64,000 bases of DNA from Candidatus Bathyarchaeota archaeon (GCA_963707955.1 OY970176.1:896001-960000), one strand, 5' to 3'. Counted from the first letter of the stretch, positions 49,562 through 60,508 are shown. Notes: generated from the letters alone by a model not told the origin. Made by a program: numbers and translations.

Positions 49562-50416
49562 ATGAACGAAACAGAAACAATATCTGAGAACAAAGTGCCG
49601 AGCAGCCTCACACAAGTCGGCATCACGATGAAATACACGCTCCTCGACTACTTCAGATCCCGCAGATTCTTCATACTCCTAGCCATAACCCTCGCAATAA
49701 GCGCCCTACTCACCTTCATAGTCGGATACTACCGTCCCGCGACTTTTCTCGATTCCAACCTGTCGTTCTACTCTGGCTGGTGGGGCGGCAGCGTCACCTT
49801 CGTGATCATACTTGGAGGGATATTCTTCGGCGGAGACGCCATCAGTGGCGAATTCCAAAACAAAACGGGCTACTTCGGAGTTCCAAACCCAATCCGAAGA
49901 TCGAGCATATACATTGGCAAGTGGCTATCCGCCTTCATTGCAGCCACAATAATCTTCGCCATCTTTGCAACCATCACCGTTGGCAACGGGTTATACTACT
50001 TCGGCGCTAACGTCCCCATCCAATTCGGTCAATCACTGCTCTACGCTTGGTTTTACCTAGCCGCAGTAATGGGCTTCACTTTCTTCTTCAGTTCACTGTT
50101 CAAGAGCAGCAGCATGTCTATCCTCCTGACCGCAATCCTTTTCCTCTTCGTCTTCTCACTAATAGAACTGCTCGTTTCAACCCTCGTCAATGTTGAACCC
50201 TGGTTCATCCTAACCTACGGGGCCGGAATAATCGGAAACATACTAAACCCCCTAGGGTACCCGGGCCACGTCACACATAACCCTGTAGGCCGGGGAAGAC
50301 TGACAATAACCTCCTACAATGCCTATGTCCCCGAAGGCCTAGCAATAATAGGACTGTACTTCATCATAACCGCGATATTGGGATTGGTCCTCTTCGAGAG
50401 GAAAGAGTTTACCTAG
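49562..50416 (+). CDS. ABC-2 exporter permease
   Basis: GDAISGEFQNKT, PIRRSSIYIGK, about six TMs. Confidence 0.88.
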   Translation: MNETETISENKVPSSLTQVGITMKYTLLDYFRSRRFFILLAITLAISALLTFIVGYYRPATFLDSNLSFYSGWWGGSVTFVIILGGIFFGGDAISGEFQNKTGYFGVPNPIRRSSIYIGKWLSAFIAATIIFAIFATITVGNGLYYFGANVPIQFGQSLLYAWFYLAAVMGFTFFFSSLFKSSSMSILLTAILFLFVFSLIELLVSTLVNVEPWFILTYGAGIIGNILNPLGYPGHVTHNPVGRGRLTITSYNAYVPEGLAIIGLYFIITAILGLVLFERKEFT

Positions 50417-50473
50417 ACGAGAATTGACGGTGAATGACAGAGAGTAAGGAAAGAAAGAAATGCAGAGAAGGAG

Positions 50474-50812
50474 GTGGAACAACTGACTTTTGTAAAAGTT
50501 GCTGAAACCTCGGAGATACCCTCGGGGCAAATGAAAGCTGTTAGGTTTGAAGAAAAAGAGATTCTGATTGCCAACGTAAGCGGCTCGTATTATGCCATGG
50601 GTAATAGGTGCACTCACGCTGGCGGAGACCTTTCGAAGGGAAAGTTGGATGGCACAACCGTAACCTGTCCCAAACACGGCAGCAAATTTGACATCACAAC
50701 GGGCAAGGTTGTTTCTGGTCCAAAAGTTCTCTTCATGCACCCAAAAATCAATGACGAGACCGCTTATGAACTGAAAGTTGAAGGAAAAGACATCATGCTC
50801 AAAAGCGAATAG
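50474..50812 (+). CDS. Rieske-type ferredoxin
   Basis: CTHAGG...CPKHGSKFD. Confidence 0.9.
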   Translation: MEQLTFVKVAETSEIPSGQMKAVRFEEKEILIANVSGSYYAMGNRCTHAGGDLSKGKLDGTTVTCPKHGSKFDITTGKVVSGPKVLFMHPKINDETAYELKVEGKDIMLKSE

Positions 50813-51094
50813 TCTCATTGAAGACATAATTTGACGGAACACCTGTTCACGCGCGCGAAAGAGACTCATAGGTTTCTCCGATATCTGGTATTGGTCTTTA
50901 CGGACTCATAACCAAACGGGTTCAACTCCAATCTTATCCACGCACTGGCTCTGTTGTCGTTGCTCTCGTTTTTCATTTCAAACAGAACGACATGCAACCC
51001 TTTGGTTGCGTCTTATAGGGTTTTTTCATGAAAACCCATTGGGTTCGGGGGTTGACAGGACTTCCGTTTCGAGATGGCGCGCGCCGGTTCCATT

Positions 51095-51653
51095 TTACAG
51101 AATTTCATTTGCTGCGTCTTTGTAGACTTTGAAATCATGCTCCGTGAACAAGGCGAAGGTTATTTCGCGCAATGTGCTCTCCCTTTCAAGAAATTGCTTC
51201 ACCGTCGTTAGAGCTATTCGGCTTGCCTTTTCAACAGGGTATCCGTACGCTCCTGTGCTTATTGAGGGAAACGCCAGTGTTTTCAGCTTCTTGGAAGCAG
51301 ACCAGCTCCAGCGAGTTCTCGTAGGCATCAGCCAGAAGACCTGGTTCACCGTGCGACCCTCCATGCCAAATGGGCCCGACCGTGTGGATCACGTACTTAG
51401 CTTTTAGGTTTCCTCCGGACGTGATAACTGCCTTTCCAGTTGGAAGATCGTTCGGCCACTCTGAAGCTCTTATGCGTTTGCACTCCTCGAGTATTGCGGG
51501 TCCACCTCTTCGGTGTATGGCGCCGTCGACGCCTCCGCCTCCCATGAGAGTTGGGTTTGCCGCGTTTATTATTGCATCAGCGTCAACATCGGTTATGTCT
51601 CCCTGAACGAGGCGGATTTTCCCATTTGTGACGTTGAATTCTGCAGCAATCAT
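51095..51653 (-). CDS. Macro-domain O-acetyl-ADP-ribose deacetylase; one extra base near 51301
   Basis: [26 protein letters not shown], then [13 protein letters not shown] in the other frame. Confidence 0.88.
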
Positions 51654-51674
51654 CTTCTTTTCGTCACTGACATT

Positions 51675-52226
51675 TTATTTCCTATCCAGATCAGAAATGA
51701 AGCGTTTCTGCAACTCGACTATTTCTGTGCTGTTTCGGGCATTTTTGTAGCCTTCCAGTCTTTCATGGTTCATTTCGAGAAAAGTGTGTCCCCACTTGAA
51801 GATGGAAAGGAGCTGAACAGCCTCCTGTTCAAACCCGACGATGTACAAGGCTGCAGCCAGAGCCTCAACAGTTGAGAGTTTGGTTGGCTTGCCAAAGTTA
51901 ACGGGGTTTCCTGCGATCAAGAAGGGCAGACAGCGAGACGTCCCCCTAACGCGTTTCAGAAGCACTTCTTCAGCCCGCTCCCAGCTGCAATCCAAACCAG
52001 CCAGTCCAAACCCTTCAACACGCTCTTTATCGGCAGGAGAAAAGGCAACTTCTGAAAAAGGATTGAGCACAATAGCCCTCTTTGGCAGGTATCTTACTTG
52101 AAGTACTTCACGGACAAGTCCAAATCGTCTGAGCTTCGACGCAGTACATTTTCTTGGATCATCCTGCTTCGCGTTGTAAACGACGATCTTAACTTGCCTT
52201 TGCACGTGCTTCCTGCACCCTTGCAC
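51675..52226 (-). CDS. tsr3: 16S rRNA aminocarboxypropyltransferase
   Basis: QDDPRKCTA, LDCSWE, R.LPFLIAGNPVNFG, LSTVEA, FKWGHTFL. Start uncertain. Confidence 0.9.
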   Translation of the reverse strand: MQGCRKHVQRQVKIVVYNAKQDDPRKCTASKLRRFGLVREVLQVRYLPKRAIVLNPFSEVAFSPADKERVEGFGLAGLDCSWERAEEVLLKRVRGTSRCLPFLIAGNPVNFGKPTKLSTVEALAAALYIVGFEQEAVQLLSIFKWGHTFLEMNHERLEGYKNARNSTEIVELQKRFISDLDRK

Positions 52227-53724
52227 GATCCATCGGGTTATTCAGAACGTGCGGAATCCAGTCGATGAGGTCTGATGCGACCATGTGGGGCCCGATTTCT
52301 TGGAAGACGAAGTCTCCGGCAGCTCCGTTTACGAACGCGCCTGCGACAGCCGCCTCAAACGGGTCGACTTTTTGAGCGAGGAAAGCTCCGACGATTCCTG
52401 AGAGCACGTCTCCTGTGCCGCCGACTGTCATGCCAGGGTTGCCTGTGAAGTTGAGTTTCAAACGGTCTCCGTCAGAGATTATGTCAACGTGTCCCTTCAA
52501 CAGTATGACCGCGTTTAGCTTTGCCGCTGTCTTTTGCACTTCGGTGACTTTTTGAGACAAGGTCTCTGGCAGTTTTCTCCCGGTCAGTATAGCGTACTCT
52601 CCAGCGTGCGGAGTTAAGACCAGGGGCACTTTGAGTTTTCTCTTGAAACCAGCGAAAGCCTTCAAACCGTCTGCATCCAAAAGCAGGGGTTTACCAGCAC
52701 GCTCGACGATGTCAATCATCGCACTAACGGCCTCGCTGGTTTCATCGTGCAACCCGAGACCTGGACCTAAGACGACGGCGTTGCAAGATTCCACGTGTTC
52801 TTTCAATTCTGAAACGTTGCTCAGGTTCAAGTGGTCTCCAGCGAGCTTTATCGTGATCAAGTCTGGGGACATAGATGAGATCGCATATGCGGTTTTCTCC
52901 GGCGCAGCCAGATAGGCTAGGTCGACACCGGTGCGCAGAGCGGCCTGTGCCACAAAGGTGGGAGCCCCTGAGAAAACTTCGCTTCCACCGACAACCAGCA
53001 AACGTCCAAAATCGCCCTTGTGCGACTCTAATGGCCGTGGTTTCACGACTGCCAAAACGTCGCCTGGACCCGCGTAACTCTCAAACTCTTTGGGCAAACC
53101 TATTCCCTTGACAACCAGTTCGCCCACGAACTTCTTGGCCTTCTCAAGTCCCTTCTTCGACTTGTGAAAAGTTATGGTCAAATCAGCCTTCACTGCCGCT
53201 CCAAGAACTTCCCCCGTGTCCGAGTCGATCCCTGTTGGCACGTCTACGGCAACTCGGAAAGCATCCATCGCGTTGATCTTCTTGACCAACTGCAGAACCG
53301 GAGGTCTCAGGTTTCCTTTTGTGCCCGTTCCAAGCAGCGCGTCAATAACCACGTCCACGTCTACTTCCGGTGTCAGAGTGCTGTCGTAAACTTCATGTAT
53401 GGCTATGGTGTCTTGCAGAAACTGTAAGGCTTTAAGATTTTGCAGAGCTTCCTTGTCCGAGATGTCCTTGCTCTTGCCCGCAAGAATCACGGTGACTTTG
53501 AAGCCCATAGAAGAGAGGTGTCTCGCGGCGACGAAACCGTCCCCGCCGTTTCCGCCCAATCCGCAGAAGACCGCAACAGACTTTCCCGGTTTGAAGCGCG
53601 AAGCGACTTGGCAGGCCACGCAGTGCCCAGCGTTTTCCATCAACAGAAGCCTCGAGACGCCGAAGTACTCAGAGTTCACTTCAAGAGCACGCATTTCACG
53701 GCTGGTTATGGCATCTTTCAACAA
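52189..53724 (-). CDS. nnr: Bifunctional NAD(P)H-hydrate epimerase/dehydratase
   Basis: LMENAG, GGNGGDG, DALLGTG, DVPTG, HKGDFG, LGPGLG, LTPHAGE, GGTGDVL. Confidence 0.92.
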   Translation of the reverse strand: MLKDAITSREMRALEVNSEYFGVSRLLLMENAGHCVACQVASRFKPGKSVAVFCGLGGNGGDGFVAARHLSSMGFKVTVILAGKSKDISDKEALQNLKALQFLQDTIAIHEVYDSTLTPEVDVDVVIDALLGTGTKGNLRPPVLQLVKKINAMDAFRVAVDVPTGIDSDTGEVLGAAVKADLTITFHKSKKGLEKAKKFVGELVVKGIGLPKEFESYAGPGDVLAVVKPRPLESHKGDFGRLLVVGGSEVFSGAPTFVAQAALRTGVDLAYLAAPEKTAYAISSMSPDLITIKLAGDHLNLSNVSELKEHVESCNAVVLGPGLGLHDETSEAVSAMIDIVERAGKPLLLDADGLKAFAGFKRKLKVPLVLTPHAGEYAILTGRKLPETLSQKVTEVQKTAAKLNAVILLKGHVDIISDGDRLKLNFTGNPGMTVGGTGDVLSGIVGAFLAQKVDPFEAAVAGAFVNGAAGDFVFQEIGPHMVASDLIDWIPHVLNNPMDRARVQEARAKAS

Positions 53725-53875
53725 GCCTGAAGCCCCAGTAGTCTAATGCTTTGAAACCGAAGATAAGCATATCCGTTAATCTTGATACGCAGCATTTCCT
53801 GAAATATGCCATGGCAAGCCAACAGGGCACGTAGCAAAACATTTTAATGCAGAGAGCCAAACAATAGAGTCGGAG

Positions 53876-54124
53876 ATGCAAATGCCAACGGCATTCGTGT
53901 TAATAAACACGGAAATCGGTTCAGAAGCAGACGTGCTGAAAGACTTGAAGAAGGTAGAGGGAGTCGAAGAAGCAAACGCGGTCTACGGAGTCTACGACAT
54001 AATAGCCAGAGTGAAGGCAGACACGATGGACAGACTGAAAGAGATCGTGACGTGGAAGGTCAGGAGACTCGACAAGGTTAGGTCAACGCTGACCATGATC
54101 GTCGTTGAAGAAGGAGCAAAATAG
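53876..54124 (+). CDS. Lrp/AsnC ligand-binding domain protein
   Basis: AFVLIN.EIG.E, VYGVYDII, VRSTLTMI. Confidence 0.88.
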   Translation: MQMPTAFVLINTEIGSEADVLKDLKKVEGVEEANAVYGVYDIIARVKADTMDRLKEIVTWKVRRLDKVRSTLTMIVVEEGAK

Positions 54125-54210
54125 CAAGCACTCCCCTTTTTCTCGAAGACAAACAATCCCTTTATTTACGTTCCATTCTGACTTATTCGAAAGAGAACAG
54201 GCTGCTCTGA

Positions 54211-55548
54211 ATGAAGAAAACGATGCACATTGGACTCGACGATACCGACTCGACCAGAAAGGGATGCACAACATACGTCGCAGCTCTCCTCGTGGAGAAA
54301 CTGCTGAAGCTCGACGCCAGTTTCATCGACTACCCTAACTTGATCAGGCTGAACCCTAATGTTCCCTGGAAAACGAGGGGAAACGGCGCACTGTGCCTCA
54401 GAATACAGCACGACGAGAGTGTCGCGGACAGAGTCAAAGAAACAGTGATCTCAACAGTTGAGAAACAAGCGGACCTAGAATGCAGAGGCACAGACCCAGG
54501 CATAGTGTTTTTCCAGTCACCGAAAATTCCGAGGGAACTCGGCACCTTTGCAAGGAAGACCATAACAGGAGTAGTGAACCTGCCAGACGCAAAGAGGCTC
54601 TTGAAAAAGTTCAAAGGTGAGGCAATCGGATTCAAGAGTGGCAGAGGAATCATCGGCGCCTTGGCAGCAGTTGGAGAGAACCTTCAAGCAGACCACACGT
54701 ACGAAATCATCGCGTACCGCGCTCCGGGAAACTATGGGTCAAAGCGAATGGTAGATGAGGCTTCAGTCTTTGAGATGGACGCGGCAACAAGACCCTACAC
54801 GTTCAACAACGTCGACGCGGAGAAGAGAAGAGTCATAATCACGCCTCGAGGACCAGACCCGATTCTTTTCGGCATACGAGGCGAAAGCCCGGAGGTCGTG
54901 AAGAAGGCTTTTCAAATGCTCAAGGTTCTGGAACCCGTTGAGAGATGGGTCATCTTTCGCACGAATCAAGGAACGGACGAGCATCTCAGACGAGTTGAGA
55001 AGCTAAGCGGGATCACGCCTTACAGTCCGCTGATCGCGAGGGGAACAATCTCGGCTAGCCCTAGGATGATTCGGGGAAGACACGTGATCTTCTCGATTAA
55101 AGACGAGAGTTCTGAAGTGGATTGTGCAGCCTACGAACCCACGGGGGCCCTCCGCGCCGTTGTAAAGAAACTGATCGTTGGGGATCAAGTGGAAGTCTGC
55201 GGCGGTGTCCGTCGCCCTTCTCTGAGCACGCCTCTGACCATAAACCTTGAGAAGATCCGATTGTTGAAGCTTGCATCACAAATCGTCTTCTGCAACCCGT
55301 TGTGTTCAAGGTGCGGGAGGCGGCTCAAGTCTATGGGAACGGAAAAGGGTTTCAGATGCGACAAGTGCGGCTCGAGATACCCTTCTCTCACAAAGGTTGA
55401 GGCGAGATTGAAACGTGAAATAAGAAGAGGCCTCTACATGACTTCAACCCGGTCTCAGAGACACTTAACTAAGCCTGTTGTCCGTTATGGGATGGAGAAG
55501 CGCCATGAACGGGTTGAAGAGTTAGCGAGGGAATGGCACTTCCCATGA
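54211..55548 (+). CDS. tiaS: tRNA(Ile2) agmatinylcytidine synthase
   Basis: IGLDDTDS..GCTT, RLNPNVPWKTRGNG, GPDPILFGIRG, TNQGTD, Zn ribbon, RHLTKP. Confidence 0.95.
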   Translation: MKKTMHIGLDDTDSTRKGCTTYVAALLVEKLLKLDASFIDYPNLIRLNPNVPWKTRGNGALCLRIQHDESVADRVKETVISTVEKQADLECRGTDPGIVFFQSPKIPRELGTFARKTITGVVNLPDAKRLLKKFKGEAIGFKSGRGIIGALAAVGENLQADHTYEIIAYRAPGNYGSKRMVDEASVFEMDAATRPYTFNNVDAEKRRVIITPRGPDPILFGIRGESPEVVKKAFQMLKVLEPVERWVIFRTNQGTDEHLRRVEKLSGITPYSPLIARGTISASPRMIRGRHVIFSIKDESSEVDCAAYEPTGALRAVVKKLIVGDQVEVCGGVRRPSLSTPLTINLEKIRLLKLASQIVFCNPLCSRCGRRLKSMGTEKGFRCDKCGSRYPSLTKVEARLKREIRRGLYMTSTRSQRHLTKPVVRYGMEKRHERVEELAREWHFP

Positions 55549-55550
55549 GG

Positions 55551-55802
55551 CTATTTTTGATCAACCTTGAAGATTTCTAGCAGCATCTCGTAGAGCTCGT
55601 CGCCGCCCTCAACCTTAGAGAAAAGGTCCTTTTCCGCCTTAAGCAATCTTCCCATCGTCGTGTATGTCTCTCGCCACTCCAGTCTCTTCCACATTAAGCG
55701 GTAATTCTTCAGTTCAAGCCATGCGCGGAAAACTAGGACTGCGAACATTGCGAGCGTCGCCGCCAGGTTCAGTATGTATATGTTCAATATTTCGTCTGCC
55801 AC
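55551..55802 (-). CDS. Small single-TM protein
   Basis: 83 aa with an N-terminal TM; GGAGGTGG upstream. Confidence 0.65.
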   Translation of the reverse strand: MADEILNIYILNLAATLAMFAVLVFRAWLELKNYRLMWKRLEWRETYTTMGRLLKAEKDLFSKVEGGDELYEMLLEIFKVDQK

Positions 55803-55896
55803 GGTCCACCTCCTCCTTGCTCTTTTAGCCCTACTTTATCGGCAAAACGCATTTAAATCAGACTCTGAGTAATCTGAAACAGAGAGAAGGCTCGGC

Positions 55897-56205
55897 TTGA
55901 GTCAGGTTGTCTCGCCACTCGTTTTCCAGTTGGGCGTCGGCGGGGTAGGCGGCTTCATTGTCGGGTTTGCCCTCAAGAAGCTCAGCAAGCTCATACTCGT
56001 TCTGATAGGTGTTTTCATACTGGCACTTATCTACTTGAGCACGCGGGGCATAATTAACATAAACTATGACGCGCTCTGGACCGCACTGGCGAATTTGCTC
56101 GGTTCAGCTGGCTCAGCGTTCTCATGGCTGATCGGCGTCATATCAGTACTGCCTTTCGCAGGAAGTTTCATCGCGGGTTTCCTGATAGGGCTCAAGCTCG
56201 GATGA
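55897..56205 (+). CDS. FUN14-family membrane protein
   Basis: LGVGGVGGFIVGFALKK...YL..RGIININY...GSFIAGFLIG. Confidence 0.82.
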   Translation: MSQVVSPLVFQLGVGGVGGFIVGFALKKLSKLILVLIGVFILALIYLSTRGIININYDALWTALANLLGSAGSAFSWLIGVISVLPFAGSFIAGFLIGLKLG

Positions 56206-56486
56206 GGATGGCTTCGAAGGCAGCACTTATGAAGGTGCAATTTCACGAAGAGCGAAAATGATGGCCAAAAATTTGACGCAGTACATACAGCATTGGGGAG
56301 CCAAACTTGGAACGGAACTTCTTGACAACGAGATAAGGGCTCACACGTGGCATGGAGACACCTTTGAAGAAGCCGTCAGAAGGGTCTACGAGCGTCAGCG
56401 AAGACAGCCAGCGAAATAGTTTAAATGCCTGTTTCTTGTTAATCCTTTGAAAAATCTGGTTCCATAGTTTGTAGGAGCGACTGAAG

Positions 56487-59279
56487 TTGAAGAGATTTCC
56501 AGCTGAGGAGTACGATCTTCCATTTTTCCATGAACAAGGCTTCGTTAGAAAACTGTGCCCTAAATGCGATATCTACTTTTGGACCCAGAACCCGCAGCAA
56601 GAAACTTGTGGCGAAGCAACGTCAGAAGGATGTGCTTCATACACTTTTTTGAATAACCCTCCCACAAAGAGAAGCTACAGCCTGCGTGAAATGCGGGAAT
56701 CTTTCCTTTCATTCTTCGAAAAACATGGACACGCACGCATAAAACCCTACCCAGTTGTGGCTAGATGGAGAGAAGACCTCTACCTGACGCACGCAAGCAT
56801 AATCGACTTCCAACCATACGTGACCGACGGGCTTGCGCCGCCTCCGGCGAACCCCCTCGTTATTTCTCAACCCTGCATCCGACTCGTCGACATCGACAAC
56901 ACCGGACCCACCTTCGGCAGACACATGACAATCTTTGAAATGGGCGGCGCACACGCCTTCAACTACCCAGACAAGGAGGTTTACTGGAAAGACCAGGCGG
57001 TGCGTTATCAGCACGAATGGGTCACAAAGGATTTGGGCGTGAAATCTCACGAGATAACGTATAAGGAAGCGGTCTGGGTAGGCGGCGGAAACGCAGGTCC
57101 GTGCGTCGAATCGATTATCCGAGGCCTAGAGGTTGACACGCTCGTTTTCATGCAGTATAAGGTCACAAACAACGAGTTCGTTAAGCTGCCGATCCGAACG
57201 GTGGACACGGGCTACGGCATAGACCGTTACGCGTGGGTTTCTCAAGGTGTGCCAAGCGGGTTTCAAGCGATCTACGGTGAACTTCTTGCTAGAATATTCA
57301 AGATGGCAGGGTTAACAAAAATCGACAATGAGATGCTCGTGAAGGTGGCAAGCGTCTCGGGCCTGGTGAGCCTAGATAAAGCAGCAAGCAGGCTGGAAAC
57401 AAGAAAGAAGGAGGCTGAGCTTGTCGGGGTGAAAACAAGCGAACTGGACAGATTCGTCGGTCCAATTGAGAATGCTTTCGCGGTCGCCGACCACACGAAA
57501 TGCTTGAGTTTCATACTTTCTGAGGGCGTTGTCCCTTCGAACATTCAGGAAGGATACTTGGCTAGGCTTGTATTCCGAAGGATTTACCGGCTGCTGAGAA
57601 CTCTCGGCATTCCGGACAAGCTTTACGACATCATGGACATGCAGGTTGACCTGTGGGGTGAAGACTTTCCGCGTCTTAAAGAGATGCGTGACGAGATCAT
57701 GGAGATGGTGAAGGTCGAAGAGGAGAAGTTCGAAGAAACGATCAAGCGCGGCGAGGGAATGGTGAAGCGCATCTCTGCAGAGTTGAAAGAAGAGGGCAGA
57801 AAAGAGATGCCCGCAGAAACGTTGACGGAACTTTACGACTCTCATGGGCTACCACCTGAGATCGTCAAACAGGCAGCGGAGAAAGAAGACCTCAAAGTGG
57901 AGGTTCCGGACAACTTCTACACGTTGATCGCCCAGAGACACATGCAAGTGTCCAAACCGGTCGAAGAAGAAACCGCGTCAAAAGAGTGGCTGAAAAAAGC
58001 TGTTGCAGACCTTCCGCGAACAGAACCGCTCTACTACGAGGACCAATACTTGAAGGAGTTTGATGCAAAGGTTCTGAAAGTGGTCCAAAACGAGTTTGTC
58101 GTGTTTGACAGAACCTGCTTCTTCCCCGAAGGCGGAGGCCAACCGCCGGACACGGGCCACATCAGATTTGACGGAAAGACAGCAGAGATAACTGACGTCC
58201 AAAAAGTTGGCACCGTCATAGTTCACAAGATAAAAGGCGACTCTCCCGAAGAAGGCCAGAAAGTCAAGGGCACAATCGCCTGGGATAAGCGTTACAGTCT
58301 CATGAAAAATCACACGGCAACCCACGTCATCGGCGGCGCTGCGAAACGAGTGCTCGGACAACACGTTTGGCAGTACGGAACTCAGAAGGGCGTTGAGTCC
58401 TCAAGGCTTGACATCTCCCATTATCGCAGGTTGACGCTGGAGGAACTGCAGAAGATAGAGACTCTGGCGAACGAAGCTGTCCTGAGAAACATTCCGGTTG
58501 ACATCGCGTGGATGCCCAGGAACGAAGCCGAGAGCCGGTATGGTTTTCGACTTTATCAGGGCGGAGCGGTTCCTGGCAAGGAGATCCGCGTTGTGAGAGC
58601 AGGAGACTGGGACGTTGAAGCCTGCGCGGGAACGCATCTGAGAAGCACCGGCGAGATCGGCTTCATCAAGATAGTGCACTCTGAGAGAGTCCAGGACGGC
58701 GTTGAAAGACTCGAATACTCCGTGGGAATTCCAGCGGTAAACGCCGTTCAAGCGAACGAAAGACTGCTCGTAAAGCTTTCAGAAACGTTGAACGCACCAT
58801 TTGAGAAGCTGGACCAAACGGCTGAAAAAATAGTCAAAGAACTGAAGAAAGCAAACGTCGATAAGAGGAAACTCGTCAAGGAGCTGGCAGCGCTGGAGAG
58901 CACAGATGTGGGTTCAGAAACGGCCGCCAAAGGTGAAGGAATGAGCGGCATAAACATCGTGCTCCGTGATTTTCAGGGATCGGTTGACGTTGACCGCATG
59001 GTTCAAACGGCAACTGAAATGATCAAGAGGAACGAGGCAACCGTAACAATATTCTACGGTGCAGATGAGGAGAACGCTAGGATAATGGTCATGGCTGGAA
59101 AAACCGCGCTTGAAAAAGGCGTAAACGCCGGCGAAATAGTGAGAGAGGCTTCAAAACTCATAGGCGGCGGAGGAGGAGGAAGACCCAACTTTGCCCAAGG
59201 CGGCGGAACACAAGTTGAAAACGTGAAAGAAGCCGCCAAAAAAGCGGAAGAAACTTTGAAAAAACAATTGAAACCCTGA
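56487..59279 (+). CDS. alaS: Alanine--tRNA ligase (archaeal type)
   Basis: ASIIDFQP, SQPCIR, GRHMTIFEM, DTGYG, ADH, HTATH, CAGTH, GGGGRPNFAQGG. Confidence 0.97.
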   Translation: MKRFPAEEYDLPFFHEQGFVRKLCPKCDIYFWTQNPQQETCGEATSEGCASYTFLNNPPTKRSYSLREMRESFLSFFEKHGHARIKPYPVVARWREDLYLTHASIIDFQPYVTDGLAPPPANPLVISQPCIRLVDIDNTGPTFGRHMTIFEMGGAHAFNYPDKEVYWKDQAVRYQHEWVTKDLGVKSHEITYKEAVWVGGGNAGPCVESIIRGLEVDTLVFMQYKVTNNEFVKLPIRTVDTGYGIDRYAWVSQGVPSGFQAIYGELLARIFKMAGLTKIDNEMLVKVASVSGLVSLDKAASRLETRKKEAELVGVKTSELDRFVGPIENAFAVADHTKCLSFILSEGVVPSNIQEGYLARLVFRRIYRLLRTLGIPDKLYDIMDMQVDLWGEDFPRLKEMRDEIMEMVKVEEEKFEETIKRGEGMVKRISAELKEEGRKEMPAETLTELYDSHGLPPEIVKQAAEKEDLKVEVPDNFYTLIAQRHMQVSKPVEEETASKEWLKKAVADLPRTEPLYYEDQYLKEFDAKVLKVVQNEFVVFDRTCFFPEGGGQPPDTGHIRFDGKTAEITDVQKVGTVIVHKIKGDSPEEGQKVKGTIAWDKRYSLMKNHTATHVIGGAAKRVLGQHVWQYGTQKGVESSRLDISHYRRLTLEELQKIETLANEAVLRNIPVDIAWMPRNEAESRYGFRLYQGGAVPGKEIRVVRAGDWDVEACAGTHLRSTGEIGFIKIVHSERVQDGVERLEYSVGIPAVNAVQANERLLVKLSETLNAPFEKLDQTAEKIVKELKKANVDKRKLVKELAALESTDVGSETAAKGEGMSGINIVLRDFQGSVDVDRMVQTATEMIKRNEATVTIFYGADEENARIMVMAGKTALEKGVNAGEIVREASKLIGGGGGGRPNFAQGGGTQVENVKEAAKKAEETLKKQLKP

Positions 59280-59334
59280 CGCGAAGCTTTTAGGAGACAT
59301 CCCATCTCAATACACCATGCATTGAGGAGTATGG

Positions 59335-60483
59335 ATGAAGTATAGAAGCTTCGGAAGACTAAACTGGAAAGTTTCGGCAATCGGGTTCGGCGCGATGAGA
59401 CTACCCATCATTGGGAATGACGCTGCAAAAATCGACGAGCCTGAAGCGATCCGCATGATAAGGTACGCGATCGATAACGGCTTGAACTACTTGGACACAG
59501 CGTATCCGTATCACCGGGGAAATGCAGAGACCTTGGTTGGAAAAGCCTTGCAGGAAGGCTACAGGGAGAAGATCAAGCTAGCTACAAAGATGCCAACGTG
59601 GCTCATCAAATCCGAACAGGACATGGACAAGTATCTGGAAGAACAGTTAGACAGGCTCCGCGTGAAGCAGGTCGATTTCTACCTTCTGCACGGACTGACC
59701 GGCGAGCGTTGGCAGAAACTCACAGAACTGAACGTGTTGAAATGGCTTGAGAAGAAAAGAGACGAGGGAAACATCAGCGGTTTTGGCTTCAGTTTTCACG
59801 ACGAATACGACGTGTTCAAAAAGATCATAGACAGCTCTGACGAGTGGACCCTGTGCCAGATCCAGTACAACTACATGGACTCGAACTATCAAGCTGGTAC
59901 AAGAGGGCTAAAGTATGCCGCGTCGAAAGGCCTCGCGGTCATAGTTATGGAGCCGATCGCCGGCGGAAGACTGAGCGTTAAACCGCCAGCCGAGATCGAG
60001 GCCACTTGGAACGAAGCAGACTTCAAGAGAACCCCAGCGGAGTGGGCCCTGCAATGGGTTTGGAACCAGCTTGAAGTATCCGTGGCGCTCAGCGGCATGA
60101 GCACGATGGGGCAGGTTGAGGAAAACCTTCGAAGCGCAGACCGTTCAGGCCCAGGAACTCTGACCCAAAATGAACTTCAACTTATCGACCGAGTCAAGTC
60201 GAAGTACGTGCAGTTCGGTTTCGTCGGGTGCACAGGCTGCAGGTACTGCTTACCGTGTCCTGAAGGAGTGAACATCCCAGAGATAATTTCGCTTTACAAT
60301 GAGTATTACATGAAAGACAAGGACGATGAGATAAAGAAAAAGTACTGGGAGCACATCACAAAAGAAAGTCAAGCCAAAAGATGCGCAAGATGCGGAACGT
60401 GCGAGGAACTCTGCCCACAGAAGCTGACGGTAAGAGACATCCTCAACAGAGCGGCTTGGATATTCGAGCAAGATACTGGTTAG
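59335..60483 (+). CDS. Aldo/keto reductase with a C-terminal 4Fe-4S domain
   Basis: GFGAMRLP, DTAYPYH, ATKMP, CTGCRYCLPCP, CARCGTCEELCPQ. Confidence 0.9.
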   Translation: MKYRSFGRLNWKVSAIGFGAMRLPIIGNDAAKIDEPEAIRMIRYAIDNGLNYLDTAYPYHRGNAETLVGKALQEGYREKIKLATKMPTWLIKSEQDMDKYLEEQLDRLRVKQVDFYLLHGLTGERWQKLTELNVLKWLEKKRDEGNISGFGFSFHDEYDVFKKIIDSSDEWTLCQIQYNYMDSNYQAGTRGLKYAASKGLAVIVMEPIAGGRLSVKPPAEIEATWNEADFKRTPAEWALQWVWNQLEVSVALSGMSTMGQVEENLRSADRSGPGTLTQNELQLIDRVKSKYVQFGFVGCTGCRYCLPCPEGVNIPEIISLYNEYYMKDKDDEIKKKYWEHITKESQAKRCARCGTCEELCPQKLTVRDILNRAAWIFEQDTG

Positions 60484-60508
60484 GCACAGCTTGTAGTTCG
60501 GTGTCTCG

